A stretch of 62,982 nt of DNA, filler included, from Olpidium bornovanus S191 (Eukaryota; Fungi; Olpidiomycota): the NCBI GenBank assembly GCA_017911155.1. It is 32 parts of 32 records of this genome, joined end to end, with 100 filler letters (N's around TTAATTAATTAA, not from the genome) between each part and the next. Parts side by side here need not be neighbours in the genome. Positions count along the whole stretch, not along the records: positions 1 to 2,614 come from JAEFCI010013153.1; positions 2,715 to 3,776 come from JAEFCI010009483.1; positions 3,877 to 4,891 come from JAEFCI010007449.1; positions 4,992 to 8,445 come from JAEFCI010010800.1; positions 8,546 to 10,348 come from JAEFCI010013254.1; positions 10,449 to 12,714 come from JAEFCI010011607.1; 26 more parts are not named here. One strand, 5' to 3'. The position numbers and the translations under genes are program-made. Shown here piece after piece: positions 1-12,814 of the stretch (positions are counted from its first letter, which is position 1; each line of letters begins with the position of its first letter). The notes below the pieces were generated by a model. That model was not told the DNA's origin, searched no databases, and saw nothing but the letters and a program-made list of their open reading frames with translations.

Positions 1-1
1 A

Positions 2-638
2 CCGCACTTCGCGGGCGCGCGGCAGTTTGTCGAGGGCGCGCTCAAGTCCGGCGGGCGTGTCCTGGTCCACTGCAACGACGGCATTAGCCGGTCTCCGGCT
101 TTTGCGGTCGCGTACGTCATGGAAACGGTTTGCCTCGACTACCAGTCCGCCTTCCACTTCGTTCTCCAGCGGAGGTTCTGCGTTAATCCGAACGAGGGAT
201 TCAAGCTCCAGCTTAAGGTGAGCATTTCGTGCCCACTCCCGTTGGCGCAGTCGTCGGTTTCTGCCAAGCATGGGGTCGCGGGTATTTCTGCGTGCTCAAA
301 ATTCCGGGTGTTGACGCACTCCATCAGTTGACAGCCGACGTCTTAGCTTACTTAGTCCGAGGCCTCTCCTTAATCCCATAACAGGAGTACGAGCCGATAT
401 TTAGCGCAAAAGCCCAGCTGTCGAATACTGGCGTGATGGACGCGGAGCGGCTGCGGCTCAAACGAAGAACCGCCCCGTCTGACGAGTCTGAAAGGTTGGC
501 CAAGCAGAAACAGTTCGCCTTTCGCCTTTAGAAATCGTCGTTTCGCCTCTAAAAGTCGCCTAGATTGGACCGCTCCCTGTTGACCTTGCGCCGCTGGTTT
601 TGCCTTTTGATCTCAGCGAAAGTATGGACACGCAGTAG
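2..638 (+). CDS. Dual-specificity phosphatase, STYX-like, 3' part (exons ~2-217, 385-494, 617-638)
   Basis: Frame 2 reads PHFAGARQFVEGALKSGGRVLVHCNDGISRSPAFAVAYVMETVCLDYQSAFHFVLQRRFCVNPNEGFKLQLK, GTGAGC intron, then EYEPIFSAK. It has the HCxxGxSRS P-loop and the PNxGFxxQLxEYE motif of DUSPs. Confidence 0.88.
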
Positions 639-2552
639 CATGCCCAAACCGACGTGCCGGGTGCTTGTGCTTTGGGCATCGCAGGTGGAAAGGACGGGCA
701 ACCACTCCAGTCCTCTTAACAGCTAGACGGAGCGCATCCTCTCCCGACGTATACTCGGAGTGCTGGAAGTCACGGACGATTGCCGACAGCGGCTTATCCT
801 TCAAGGCCAGGTTTGCAGCGGCTGCGTCTACCGTATCAGCCTAAAACCTCCGAATGCTGGTGCTTCGCTTGTAAGCACTCGCCATTCCCCAGCCAATATC
901 GTTGATGCGGTCATCCAGAATCGAGTGCGCAGTTTCGTTGTCGAGTGATTTCAATTGTTCCAACGTTTTCCAAACCTAGCTGAAAGTCACGATGCACCGA
1001 GTCGAGAACTCTGCCGGTGTCTTTCCATATCATTAACACCTTGTTTGACCCTGTTTGACATTTGGCTTATCACGCCGGTAGTTCGGTTACAAGTCCCTTT
1101 TATAGCACCTTATTTTGACACCATTCCTCGGAATATGACATGTCGGCCTGCCCATATGCGCTGGAAACTGATCCTTGCACGAATCAAAATTGTTTCGACA
1201 TACCACCAATCACACCAAACCTCCAGCATTAATGAGGCGATTTAAAGCGTGCATAAAAAATCCCCGGGACAAAGCATCGTTGTATTGCGCCGTGTTTATA
1301 GGCCAAATGCAAATGTCGCAGCAGCCATGCATATTCCACTAAACCTTTGGAAGGCATATTGCTGCGTGAACGCACTCGCGGCTCTAGCCTGCATAAATCG
1401 CCGAATGCCGTGACCTGTTGTCCACCCGCCTGCCTGCACACGCAAGCATTTCGGAGATCGCAAGGAAAATTCACCCCAAGGGGGCTTCATACCGATACCA
1501 CCCGCGAGGCCCAATCCAAGTAACCAGGGCCGTCCAATTCGGATCTTGTTGCGAGCGACATGCAGAGCGAAACTTGATCTCGCCTTCGGCGCGTGCGGCC
1601 TTTCTTGCAGCTTTTCCCTCCGACGTAGTCACTTGACCAGCGGCAAACCATAAGCGCAGTGCTCCAAAAGACGCCGAAGTAGATTTTTTTGTTGGAGTGG
1701 GGGGGGGGCGGCGGGGGGTGCGGGGGGAGGAAACCCCTGCCCATCAATTATCGCTGCACTTGAAATGACCGAAACGTCCAAAGGAGCCTTAGGCACAAGC
1801 TGTTACAGGGCCAGTTAGAAGTGTGATTCTTGCCCAATGGTAACGGCGGGCTGAGTGCAGGCGCCCGCCAGCTTCTTGGAATCGCCGGAATGTACAAGGT
1901 TGGGCCTAGGCCCTTGCGCCGCGTGGCCCCTGGGACTATTCCCGAGGAGGCGCTCCCATTTCACCCCCTCCCCACCCACCGCTCCCGCTGGGAGATTTGC
2001 GTGTTGTGCACCCGAGAGCTTTGGACACAGCGGCCGAGCGGAGATTCTTTGTCATGCTCGAGCGCTGATCCACGGGCCCGATCTCCGCAAACCGAAGCAC
2101 GCGGGAGAAATTTGACCACCCTTCAGGCGCGGGGGGAAGAGGCGGTGGGACGAAAAGGGGGGGGGGGCCGTTCGAGAGCAAATGACGGCTCTCTCCAGGG
2201 GTCAAAAAGAGAAAATCCGAACTTATCGCGCCAATCCGCGTCCGCGCCCGCAGACGCACGTCTGCCGCCGACGCCGCGGCCGACGTCGCGGCCGCCGCTC
2301 CATTACGAGCGTGTATATATTGTATAAGCCAGGCGCCTTCATTCCCCCATTCTCCCGTTACACCCCGCAACTCCTACTGCTCCGAAAAGTCCGTTTAAAA
2401 ACCCAAGCCCCGCGACTTGTCTCGAAGCGGGTAAAGGTAAGAAAAATAAAAAATCTGCGGATTCAACGAGAATTTCAGAACTCCTTTTTCCGCCTACCTC
2501 TGCTGTCTGACGTACCGCGTTGAAATCATCCTCTCCCACTTTGCCCGGCCTG

Positions 2553-2595
<43 letters not shown>

Positions 2596-2614
2596 CTTCC
2601 CTCCCCCCCCCCCC

Positions 2615-2714
2615 NNNNNNNNNNNNNNNNNNNNNNNNNNNNNNNNNNNNNNNNNNNNTTAATTAATTAANNNNNNNNNNNNNNNNNNNNNNNNNNNNNN
2701 NNNNNNNNNNNNNN
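2615..2714. other. Artificial contig-joining spacer (first of 31): 44 N + TTAATTAATTAA + 44 N
   Basis: The identical 100-bp block recurs at 3777, 4892, 8446, 10349, 12715 ... 61809. TTAATTAATTAA places stops in all six frames, a standard pseudomolecule linker. Confidence 0.99.
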
Positions 2715-3192
2715 CCCCCCCGGCCACCAATTCGGACTTTGCAAAAAAAAAAAGAAGAAAAAAAACGGCGTGCCGTAAAAAAACAAAATACGCGACTTCT
2801 GCGACAGGTTCCTCTCGCCCGTCTCCCCGCCATCTCCCCGCCCAAACACAACCAACACCAACAACACCCAACCCAAATTAACCCGCCCCACGCCGTTGGA
2901 AACCCCCCCGCCCGCAAGCCAGGGAGAGGAGAGCTGCGCGCTGCCCCCTGGCTGCCGTCGCCTTTCAACGCGAATGACCCAAATTCTGGAATGGGAAATT
3001 GATAAATTTTAGTGCGCTATATTAAATGGGGGGAGGCTACGGACGACTGCTTCCCTTGAGAGAAATCTTTCCCGAAAGGTTTTTTTGCCGTTTGCAATAA
3101 ATTAGAAAGGGATACAAAGTCGCTTCTGGGTAGGTGGGGGGGAAAAGAGGAGGGGGAGGTGGGCGGGCAGGGTCTAGAAAGGAATTTTCTTT

Positions 3193-3337
3193 TCATTTTG
3201 CTTGCTTTGTGGCCCATTCCATCCCTTCCTGGACCCCGTCACCCAGCTTGGCCGACGACGGCTGTATCTGCCACTTGTGGTCGCGGATCGAGTGCAGGTT
3301 CAACGTCTGAGCTATCTGTACATCGAGTTTTTTTTTT

Positions 3338-3375
<38 letters not shown>

Positions 3376-3627
3376 ACGACGGGTGCCGTCAGAAAAGGGG
3401 CGAGCGGGGGAAGGGGGATTGCACGAGGTGACCGGCGCCGCGCTCCCCGGGAAGTTTTCCCTTCCACCTTCCCCGCTCCCGCCAGAACAGGCGAGCGAGC
3501 GAACAAAAAAAAAATTTTCACCTCGTCGGCGGGCAGCGCGGTGACGAGGTCTTGCTTGTTCGCGAACACCAGCAGCGGGACGCCCGCGAGCTTAGGCTCT
3601 TCCAGCAGGCTGTTTAGTTCGATTCCG
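3193..3627 (-). CDS. ARL3: ADP-ribosylation factor-like GTPase ARL3, last two exons (3522-~3627, 3193-3315)
   Basis: [35 protein letters not shown] | [41 protein letters not shown]4 motif NKQD; NKQDLxTA and LNLHxIRD match ARL3 rather than ARL2. Confidence 0.9.
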
Positions 3628-3660
<33 letters not shown>

Positions 3661-3876
3661 GAAAATTGGGGGGGGGGGGGGGGGGGTGGGGGGAAAAACC
3701 GGGGAGGGGGGGGGGGGGGGGGGGAAAAAAAGAAAAAAAAAAAAAAAAAAGGAAGAAAAAAAAAAAAAAAACGCGGNNNNNNNNNNNNNNNNNNNNNNNN
3801 NNNNNNNNNNNNNNNNNNNNTTAATTAATTAANNNNNNNNNNNNNNNNNNNNNNNNNNNNNNNNNNNNNNNNNNNN

Positions 3877-4833
3877 CATGCCGAGGCTGTACGGTAACCG
3901 GTGGGCGTGCCCGTTAGAATTAAATGCGTAGAAAACGAGATATTCGATTCGAGATTGCGTCTTACTCACTCTGTGAGGAATCGCGATTATGTTGTCGTTG
4001 GAATCATCCATCGTTCAGGCTCGAAACAACGCATCACTACTGCGCAGACAGGGTCGAAGGGGCAGCAGCCTCCAGAACACCTACACGCCTGGCAGATGCC
4101 TCCTCCCATCCCGCCGAGCAGGCCCGCCACCTCCTTCGATAACCCGGCGCGATGTGCTTGGTATTCAATCTCGGACGAAGAGAAAAGAAGCACCCCGCCC
4201 TTTGTAGAAGCTTCAATCCATGCCCACTAGCGGGAGCCACAGTAGACGTGTCATCAGACTCTTAGCTCGGGACAGCAGCGTATAAGCAATTTCCGGCAAT
4301 TTTCGGGGCCGCGCTCACCGGGATCAGGCCCTGATAAAAAGCCGGCAAGCCTCCGCGGCCATAGATCGCCTTACAGGCTTGGGCGAGGTTGTCCCCCCGG
4401 TTGGCTGGAAAAGGAGGGTGGTAACGCGCAAGAGTTCACTATGCGTGATTACTGTGGGTCCGGGCGAGGTTGAGAAATAATAAACCGGCGCCAGAACAGG
4501 CGCGGACAGTTTTTCCACGTCACCAACAAGCACCAACGCCACGGATCCGCACACAGTCCGGCGAGGGAAATACCGCGTTACGGAGCGCGCCATCCGCAAG
4601 CACATTTTTCTCCAAAATGAAACGCTTTCTCAGCAGCGGGCGCTCGCGCGCGGTCGCGCACCTGCCATGTGCGTCTTCACGACTTCAAACACCTGACCGA
4701 GGGTGGAAACTTCCCACACCTGGATGAATGCGCCTAGGGCGATGTTCTCCCAGGAAACGGGCTTTTTCTCGGGCACCAGCGGCCGCGCGGTCGCCCCGGT
4801 CGCGAGACGGCGGTCGGGCTCTTCGCCAACCAT
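3877..4833 (-). CDS. YHM2: Mitochondrial citrate/oxoglutarate carrier Yhm2-like, 5' part, spliced
   Basis: EKKPVSWENIALGAFIQVWEVSTLGQVFEVVKTHMA | ANRGDNLAQACKAIYGRGGLPAFYQGLIP | [15 protein letters not shown]...AGLLGGMGGGICQA is colinear with yeast Yhm2 (EKKPVSFSNILLG...[23 protein letters not shown]). Confidence 0.93.
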
Positions 4834-4991
4834 GATGGTGTTGTTTGTTGTTATTGTCGTTGTTGTCGTCGGTGGTGCCCCCCTCCCCGCCNNNNNNNNN
4901 NNNNNNNNNNNNNNNNNNNNNNNNNNNNNNNNNNNTTAATTAATTAANNNNNNNNNNNNNNNNNNNNNNNNNNNNNNNNNNNNNNNNNNNN

Positions 4992-6763
4992 CCATGACCG
5001 CCTGCTCCTTGCTGTCCAACCAGTGATCGAGGTGTGCCACGGCGAGTTTCAGAACCTCCGCGTAGTGGTCGCGAAGAAAACAAAGTTCCGCCGCACTTCG
5101 TTTCGTTAATGCGGCTGAACGACGAGCGGTCGGCGCCTTTGGTATCAGCACAATCGCGCCCGGCCCAACTGAAACGTGACAAGCACACCTGGCCCCACTC
5201 CCGTACCTTTCGAAACGCTGCAGAGCCGCTCAGCGTGTTTGAGGTCCAGGTGCTTCGGCTTAGACGCTGCGGACAGCGCGGCCGCGGCGGCGTTCGCACC
5301 GCTCTGGGAGGACGCCGCGCTCCGCGTGGGCGAAGGAGGCGGGAAGCCGGCCGCGCCCGCAATTTGGTAAGAAGGCGTCGGTGGTTCGTTCCCTGCGCCG
5401 GCAGATCTCACGGAGCCCACGCAGATTCTGTCGCTTGCGTCGGCGGCGCTCGGCGCTTCGGCCCGGACAAATCTAGAGACGCGCGACGGATTGACGGCGC
5501 CCGAATACAACTTGCAGAGCACGGACGATTTCCACTCGAACATCGCCAAAGCCTCCCCTTTGGAGTTCACAAAGGGCGGCGCCGAGGCAAACCAATCCAA
5601 AAGCTCAACGCTTAAAGGAAATAAAACGACCGACGTGACATGTTAGCTACCCTGCACAAGACGCAGGAGCGCAGCAATGCGGTCGACACACGTCTTCACC
5701 ATTTATCGCCTCCCACACGATCGGAGGGGTTCACGTCACGGCTCGCACTCTGGTTGGCGCTTTTCGGAAAACCGACGCCGCAAGGCGCCGCTGAACACGG
5801 CGATCGCTCAGATGGCAGATCATACAATGACAACGCCGAATCGAGGACTATCTTGGTCAACTTTTGAAAATCTACCTCAGCGACACCCAGCGACTCCTAC
5901 GGCCGACAATCCGCAAGAATGTCAACGCCAAACGGAGATTCGTACAGGACCACCTTCGCGCTAAAGGGACTCACACTCACAAATACTCGGGTGCGGTCTG
6001 TTTCACCTTCGGCTGAGATACTTGCTCCGCCGGCGGCGAACGCAACGAAAGCGTCATCGCAGCCGTCGAAGTTGTCCTCGTCAAGGTAGGTAGCAAAGTC
6101 GTCAAACTCGAAATCGTCGCTCCTGCCGCCTGATCTTCCCTCCGCCTCCTTATCAATCGAAGCCGGCGACAGGCTGCACAGCGGCGACGGCGGTCCTGTG
6201 CAGCACGACACATAATCTTCGGCGTCTTCGTCGTTCGGGTCCAGACGGTCACAGCCTTGGCCGTCCTTGGTGCAGCGGTCGGACGGGGTATCCTCCGAGG
6301 CCGTGCTTGGCGGTCCACTTTGGCGTTTGTCGCCACCTGTCTCCGGGCTTTGTGTCCGCAAGAAGGGCGCCCACGTGCCGTCAGAACTGCTCGGTGCAAC
6401 CGCCGTCAGAATCGAAGGGCCGGTTGACGGCGGGAAAGGCCGGAGATCTTCTTCACCGAAACTTCCGCCGCTGCAGGCGTCTCCCCCGCAGCCGACGGAG
6501 CCGCCGTGAGCGGCGCTGACAGGCGCCGACAAAGTGGACGACGCAGGCCCAGTTGAAGCCGGCGGCGTGGCCGGCGACAGACGCCTGTCGACTCGGTGTT
6601 CTGCCGCCAGGCAACCCTCCTCGGTATCCCCGAGATGCGGCGTGGCGAGAGGTGGCGGCGATGCGCACGGACGGCGCGAGCCGGAAGAATCCCGCGAAGC
6701 CGGCATGGCCGGCAGTGTGCTTCGGAGCCCGACGGCGAGCAACGCCGAGGGCGCCGGGAGCAA
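4992..6763 (-). CDS. Hypothetical spliced protein with a low-complexity acidic N-terminus and unidentified globular C-terminal segments
   Basis: 288-aa ORF 5897-6763, plus protein-like segments ESLGVAEVDFQKLTKIVLDSALSLY, PFVNSKGEALAMFEWKSSVLCKL and LCFLRDHYAEVLKLAVAHLDHWLDSKEQAVM near plausible splice sites. No family recognised. Confidence 0.4.
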
Positions 6764-7162
6764 GGGCTTGCTCTCTCTCTATCCCCCTTTTCACCCACTC
6801 TTGGCTCTCTCACTGTCTCTCTCTTTCACGCTCTCCAGGTGACTGGGGCGTGTGCGGCCCTCGGCGTCTTAGTTCCCTCGCAGGGCGGGCGGCGAAGAAG
6901 GGGCGTGCTCGCTGGACGCAGGAGCGGCGGACGACCAGAAGTTCGTCTTTTTGAGACGGAACAAAATAAAAAAAGCGGGAATGGTGCGAACCGCCGGAAG
7001 GAGGAGGCGGGCGGGCGACGGGGCCGGAGTTGGCGGGGGACGTGGGTGGCGTTTCTGGGGGCCGAGGAAGGGCGAACGGGGGCGGGCGAAACGGGGGCGA
7101 AACGGGGGCGAAACGGGGGCGGGTGCCCTGGGGGGGGCGGATAGTGTGTGAGAGCGAGGAGG

Positions 7163-7194
<32 letters not shown>

Positions 7195-8545
7195 CCCAAA
7201 TTCGTCCCGTCAGAACCCCCCCCCCCCCTCCTTCCCCATCGGCCCGGAATTTTCTTTAATCGGACGGCCCCGCCCCCAATCATCATCACCCACACAAGCA
7301 GAAATCCTCCGCCCCTCCCCCCCTTCCGCGCCGCGAAGATCAAGAACAAAGCAAGTATATACATAAATGTTCCAGCGGGTTCCAAGACGGGTACGATTTA
7401 AAAAAGATCAAGAAACATCGAGAAGTTAAGAAAGAACAGCAAGAAAGAAACGTTTAGGCGGGATTCAGGACGGGGAAGTGAAGATTAGGAAAGATAGAGA
7501 ATGATAAAAGCGATCAAGAAAGAACAAGGAAGATTAAGAAAGAACAAACGGGCTTCTTGCCCTACCTATCAAGCTCCAGTGCCGCTGTTGTCCACACTAT
7601 GATGCCCACCAAGGGGTCGCGGCGGCCCGCGCACGGAGTATTGACTTGGTGCTGAATGTGGGCGTAGCTGCCGTACCCACCCGTAGTCACCCCGTATGTG
7701 CCGTAGGCGGCATATCCGCCGCCGTTGTTGGCGGTGCTTTCGACAGGGCGCTGCGCGTGATTGCGCCAAGCGTAATTGGCCGCCTCCGTCTGCTCGGGAT
7801 CTGAATCGGATGATGGATAACCGCCGTTACACCGCGCGCGATCGTTCGCAAGAGCCTCGAACGCCCTTGATGCCGAGAAGAAGTGAACACAACGAAAACG
7901 AGTTTAGGCCATCAAGAGCGTCTGACGCACCTGTTGCGCGCAGCAACGCGTCCGCAGCATAGTAAGTCGAGAGCTTGGCGTTCACGGCAGCCCGTTCGGA
8001 AGTCCTTGACCTTGGAAGATTTTTGGGAACGCTGGGAACTATGCGCTGCGCAGTGAGCCCGGTGGGAATCAATGCGCACGAAAATGATTCCTTGCACTCT
8101 TCGTCTTGCGAATACGGCTGCTCCAGCCAGGTAATGCTGTCAGTTGTCCGCTTTCGCTCTAGTATGGTACATGATGGATTTTTATTAGGCGTAATATATT
8201 GACTTTTCGTCGATATAGTCTGAGCTTGCGAGGCATAATCGTCGTTGGGGACGCCCGTGGCCGTGCCCGACACGGATATAATTATATTTATATTTAGTAA
8301 GTATAATATTTATTATATACTCACATTGGTGTTTGCGGTCCTCCCCCCCCCCCCCCAGCCGAAACGTCCCCCCCCTGGCGGGGGGGGCCCCCCAGGGGGG
8401 AAAGTGCCCCCACCCCACCACACCTTTTTTTTATGTAAAAAAAGANNNNNNNNNNNNNNNNNNNNNNNNNNNNNNNNNNNNNNNNNNNNTTAATTAATTA
8501 ANNNNNNNNNNNNNNNNNNNNNNNNNNNNNNNNNNNNNNNNNNNN

Positions 8546-10274
8546 CGACCGTCGTCGTGGTCAGCAGGGATGCGCAAAGTTCTTTACAAAACGTAAGCCC
8601 GCAGCCGCCGCTACCCACTGTCGGTGCGGCATCTGCGCGTTAGTTGCGGCTGTAGTCGGCGTCATGCTGGACACGAGGTACTTCAAAGACGGAAAGGGAA
8701 CGAGATTCATGGTAATCTCGTTGATGTCCACGTTCAAGGATCCCTCAAAACGCATCGAACTTGAGCAGCACCGGCACATCAGAGCTCGGACTGCAGGTTG
8801 GGACCAACCACACGAACGGAACCGCGGCGGGATGGCTTTGCAAAACGTACCTCGTCAGGTTGAGCATCAGGTTAGAGACGACGTTGTTCATCTGATCGAA
8901 CGGCTTTTGTTGATGGTTTGAGTGGAGGTTGAAAGGACTTGTAGTCGCAATGCCTGTGAGCCTCGTTCCTGCCTTGCATCCAACTGCCGGCCTGAGTTTT
9001 CCGGCAGCGTCCTGCTTGCCGCATATGTCCATCAGAGCGCCGTTCTCGACAGGCAGCACGCAGTCCGACGTCTCCGTGAGCCGCTGTAGCGCCAAGACGC
9101 TGTCCACATCCGTTTAGCGAATTGGGGCGAGGGGGCCGTGACTCCGCGTGCGGCCGCCGGAACGAAAGGCACCGCCCCGGAACGCAATTCCGGAAAACAA
9201 CCCAAATCGGGATCCCGCACCTGTTGTACGGACTGGTGACGACGTCGTCCTCCTCGCTCGGGAATACGACGGTCTGGAACCTGTATACCTCCGGATACTC
9301 CTCTTGGAGCAGTCCGGAGATATACGTCCCCAGCCCGGAACCCGTTCCTCCTCCCATGGAATGCACCATGAAGAACGACTCGAGAGAGTCGCACTTCTCG
9401 GCTTCGGCGCGCACGCTCTCCAGGATATGCGATCTGTACGAGGGCCCGTACACGTGGTGTCCGACCGCCCTGATTAAGAGATTCGCGCGGCGTTCTCAGA
9501 GTGAGCCGCTGGTTCCGATGAGGCCCCGCCTCCCCTCCCCAACCCGAAGTGTCTTTCTTGGGCTGTCTTAGTTTAATGTTCCAACGTACCAATTGTTCCC
9601 GCTGCCCGACTGGCTCATGATGCATTGCGACGCATCAAACAGCTCCTTCAGGGGACCACTCATGAAGCTGTTGACCACGCCTTCTTCCATGTCGATAAGA
9701 ATCCCCTAAAATTCCCTTTCGCGCGCGCGGAACTAAACATAGTGTCGCTTTTTTTGTGCCACGGCATCCGCACGTTATTTTTTCTTTTTCGTCGCGCTCA
9801 CCCTGGCTTTCAGTCCGAGTATGCGATGGGAACCGTCGCCGACCGGCAAGTTCAGCGGCGGGCGGTATCTGGTTTTCAGATAGTAGGACGGTCCCGCCGG
9901 GGGTATTAGAAAAAGGAAAAACGAACGTCGGAAAAGTTCCGGGTGGCCCTGCCGCCGCCGCGCGCGGTTCAACGGCCCCCCACAACCCCCGTTGCTTCCT
10001 TGCCTTGAATCCACGTTTCGGAAAAAAGTGGCCAGCGGTTCGTCGTAAACGCCATGTCGGTTGTGCTGCGCGTGCTCGCGGAGTGCCAAGTCCCAGAACC
10101 GGCCGCCGATCTTTGTTGGTGAAACCGCGAATGCCACGTTCGAAATAGCCGCGGATCGCAAATATGAGAGCCGCGCGGGTAAAACAAAAAAAAAACGCCT
10201 TTGCGGGAAGGCTTGCTTCGCTTTTTGTACTCGCCGCTTTTCCGCGAAACCGACCTGGTTACCGCACTGCCCGA
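8546..10274 (-). CDS. TUBE1: Epsilon-tubulin, multi-exon, 3' end missing
   Basis: VGQCGNQ | IGGRFWDLALREHAQHNRHGVYDEPLATFFRNVDSR ... HSMGGGTGSGLGT...YPEVYRFQTVVFPSEEDDVVTSPYN ... QKPFDQMNNVVSNLMLNLT...RFEGSLNVDINEITMNLVPFP. FWDLALREHA, DDVxTSPYN and KPFDxMN are epsilon-type. Confidence 0.96.
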
Positions 10275-10276
10275 CT

Positions 10277-10314
<38 letters not shown>

Positions 10315-10448
10315 ACGCGGGGGGGGGGGGGGGGGGGTTTTTTCCCCGNNNNNNNNNNNNNNNNNNNNNNNNNNNNNNNNNNNNNNNNNNNNTTAATTAA
10401 TTAANNNNNNNNNNNNNNNNNNNNNNNNNNNNNNNNNNNNNNNNNNNN

Positions 10449-12714
10449 CATGGCTGTCGAGTGGACAGGGCGAGTGAGGACGGCCGTAATTAAGGACGAA
10501 TAATCACGATTCTCGTTTAGACAATGGCTAGATCATTTACACCCTCGGACAAAAGCAATCCCGGGCCATACCCGTGATCCCCGAAAACTCCGTCAGGTAG
10601 TCGACGATCGGTTCCGAGGTAGCAATGTAGTCATCGATAAAGGCCACGCCCTCCTGTTCGCCCTCACCCCGTAACACGCTCACCCGCGCCAGGGTGTGTC
10701 TGCTGGGCCGGACCATCGACCGCGTGCCGTCGCTGTGTATCTCCGTCTCCTCCTGATTGACAGGTATCCGTAGGCGAGGAAAGGAACCGGATCTTCATTC
10801 AGTAGCCACATGGGACCTGAGTGCTAAAATTGGAGCGCATTACGGAAACATTCCGCAGAAACACACCCTGTTCAGCGCGACGAACTCCGCATCTATCGCA
10901 CATAGGAACCCTCTTCTGGGGCCGTCCTCCCTAGTTAGCGGCACAAAAGTCCTGTTGGCCGTGTCTGTATTCCTGCGAATGACAATGAACATCAGCGAAG
11001 GGCAGCAAATGGAGCCTTTGCAGGGTCAGGCGTTCACTCACTTCGCGATAGAATACCCTTCGTACAAAATGGACTGGTCGACCGTCGCCGGAAGACCATC
11101 ATATTTAACCTGCTGATCGAGGTCTACACGGGTGTAGTGAATGATGGCGGGACTCTGCGAAACTCGAGGAGCTCCGGTCGTCAGACGACGCATACGGCGT
11201 CAGAACGCTTCCGCGAACAAATGGTTAACAGCGCACCTTCCACGGCCCTCTCGGCTGCAGCACTTCAGATTCCGGGATTCTTTTCACCAAAAAATCATTA
11301 AAGAGGCACCATGCGCCTTTGTGCTTCGACTTGGGGTCCAGTTTGTGGCGGTCGAGCTTTGGGACTTGATAAAGCTTTGCTCTATAAGCCGTGCGAAGTC
11401 ACAAATCAACAGCAGAACATACTTATTCCATACTTCTTATGTGGCCAACGAGATGCGGTATTTCGCCCGTCCCTTGCACCTGAGACACAACAGTCTAAAG
11501 GCTGATAGTCAGCGGGTAACGCGACTCCCGGTTTGTTTCACCCAGGCACTTCGCATACCGTCAGCTCGTATTCCACGACTTCCTTTCCTCCCTTCTGGTT
11601 TCTCTTGCTGCTGTCGCCGTCCTTGTTATGACCGTCAGCGTCGACCACCGAAAACTCCCCGTTCTCCTTGACAACGGCCACCTGCGCGGGCAGCCATGGC
11701 CGCCCTGTCTCTTCGACCTGCCGGACGCTGTACCGCTCGAACTCGCCGCTGTCGGCCGCGGCGAGATTGACAGCAAGCACGGACGGGAAGCCCTGGAGCC
11801 GCTTTGTCTGCTTCGAAAGTTGGTACCGTTGACACTTTGCGCACCACGCCTTAGTCGTGGAGTCGCGCCGAAAGGATGACTGCAGAAGGTTGGCGAAGGA
11901 CGTTGAAGAGGAGGCGGTAGCCGGTTTGTCGGCTTTTTCACTAGGTGAGCGCTGCTAGGTAATGAAGAGTGCCGGAAAGGAATATTGAACGAGGAGCAAA
12001 ATAACTCAACTACAATGCGCTGGTCGCGACGCAGTTCGAGGTTCACACGAAAACGCAGGCACAGCAAATGTGGGTCCCACCCTACCTTTTTTGACAACAA
12101 CAGATCCACGACAAATGGATATGTTGTCCTGGTGGTCTCCTCCCCGCACTCGCAAACACTCTTCAGGACCGTCTTCAGGCCGAAGATCTGCTGGATCACA
12201 GACGGGACGCCTTGGCTGTCCCTGCCGGCACCACGCACAAGCTCTGGATTCTTTCCCGGTGAATTGCACTCCTGATGTATCTGCTCGAAGATAAACCGGT
12301 TAAACGCCTGGATCAGGGCTGAGTACGATGTCGAGGTGGACGGTTGCTCCGGTTCGAAAAGTCCTAGGGCCGCAGCTGAAAAAAAAATACACGTCGCGCC
12401 AGAAGAGCGACCTTAGGTAAGCCAAAGATCTAGGGTGCATGTCTTGCAGCCAAAACGAAACGCCGGATAAACGACCTCGTTTTTCCAGAGAATCTACAAA
12501 TAACGCCCAACAAACATGCCGACCTTGCGGAATGGTGCCGAAGGCCCTCAGGAAGTTCGTGGCCTGGCAGTTCTGCCCGTTGGCGTCCTCCAGCATGCGG
12601 AAGAGGAACCCAAGCTCACAATTCAGGCAGAACTCCTTGGCGCAGGGCTGACCGATATGCGACTTGGCGATCTTGCGGAGCGGTGGGTTGAAGAATAGGA
12701 CCTGTATCAGGGGA
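10449..12714 (-). CDS. PAN2: PAN2 deadenylase catalytic subunit (UCH-like domain + DEDD exonuclease), internal part
   Basis: SLIQVLFFNPPLRKIAKSHIGQPCAKEFCLNCELGFLFRMLEDANGQNCQATNFLRAFGTIPQ; IQQIFGL...CECGEE; AIDAEFVALN; LARVSVLRGEGEQEGVAFIDDYIATSEPIVDYLTEFSGI. Confidence 0.95.
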
Positions 12715-12814
12715 NNNNNNNNNNNNNNNNNNNNNNNNNNNNNNNNNNNNNNNNNNNNTTAATTAATTAANNNNNNNNNNNNNNNNNNNNNNNNNNNNNN
12801 NNNNNNNNNNNNNN

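Noticed and set aside
2659-2670. TTAATTAATTAA as a recurring regulatory or CRISPR-like repeat
   Set aside because: It is always embedded symmetrically in Ns; it is an assembly linker.
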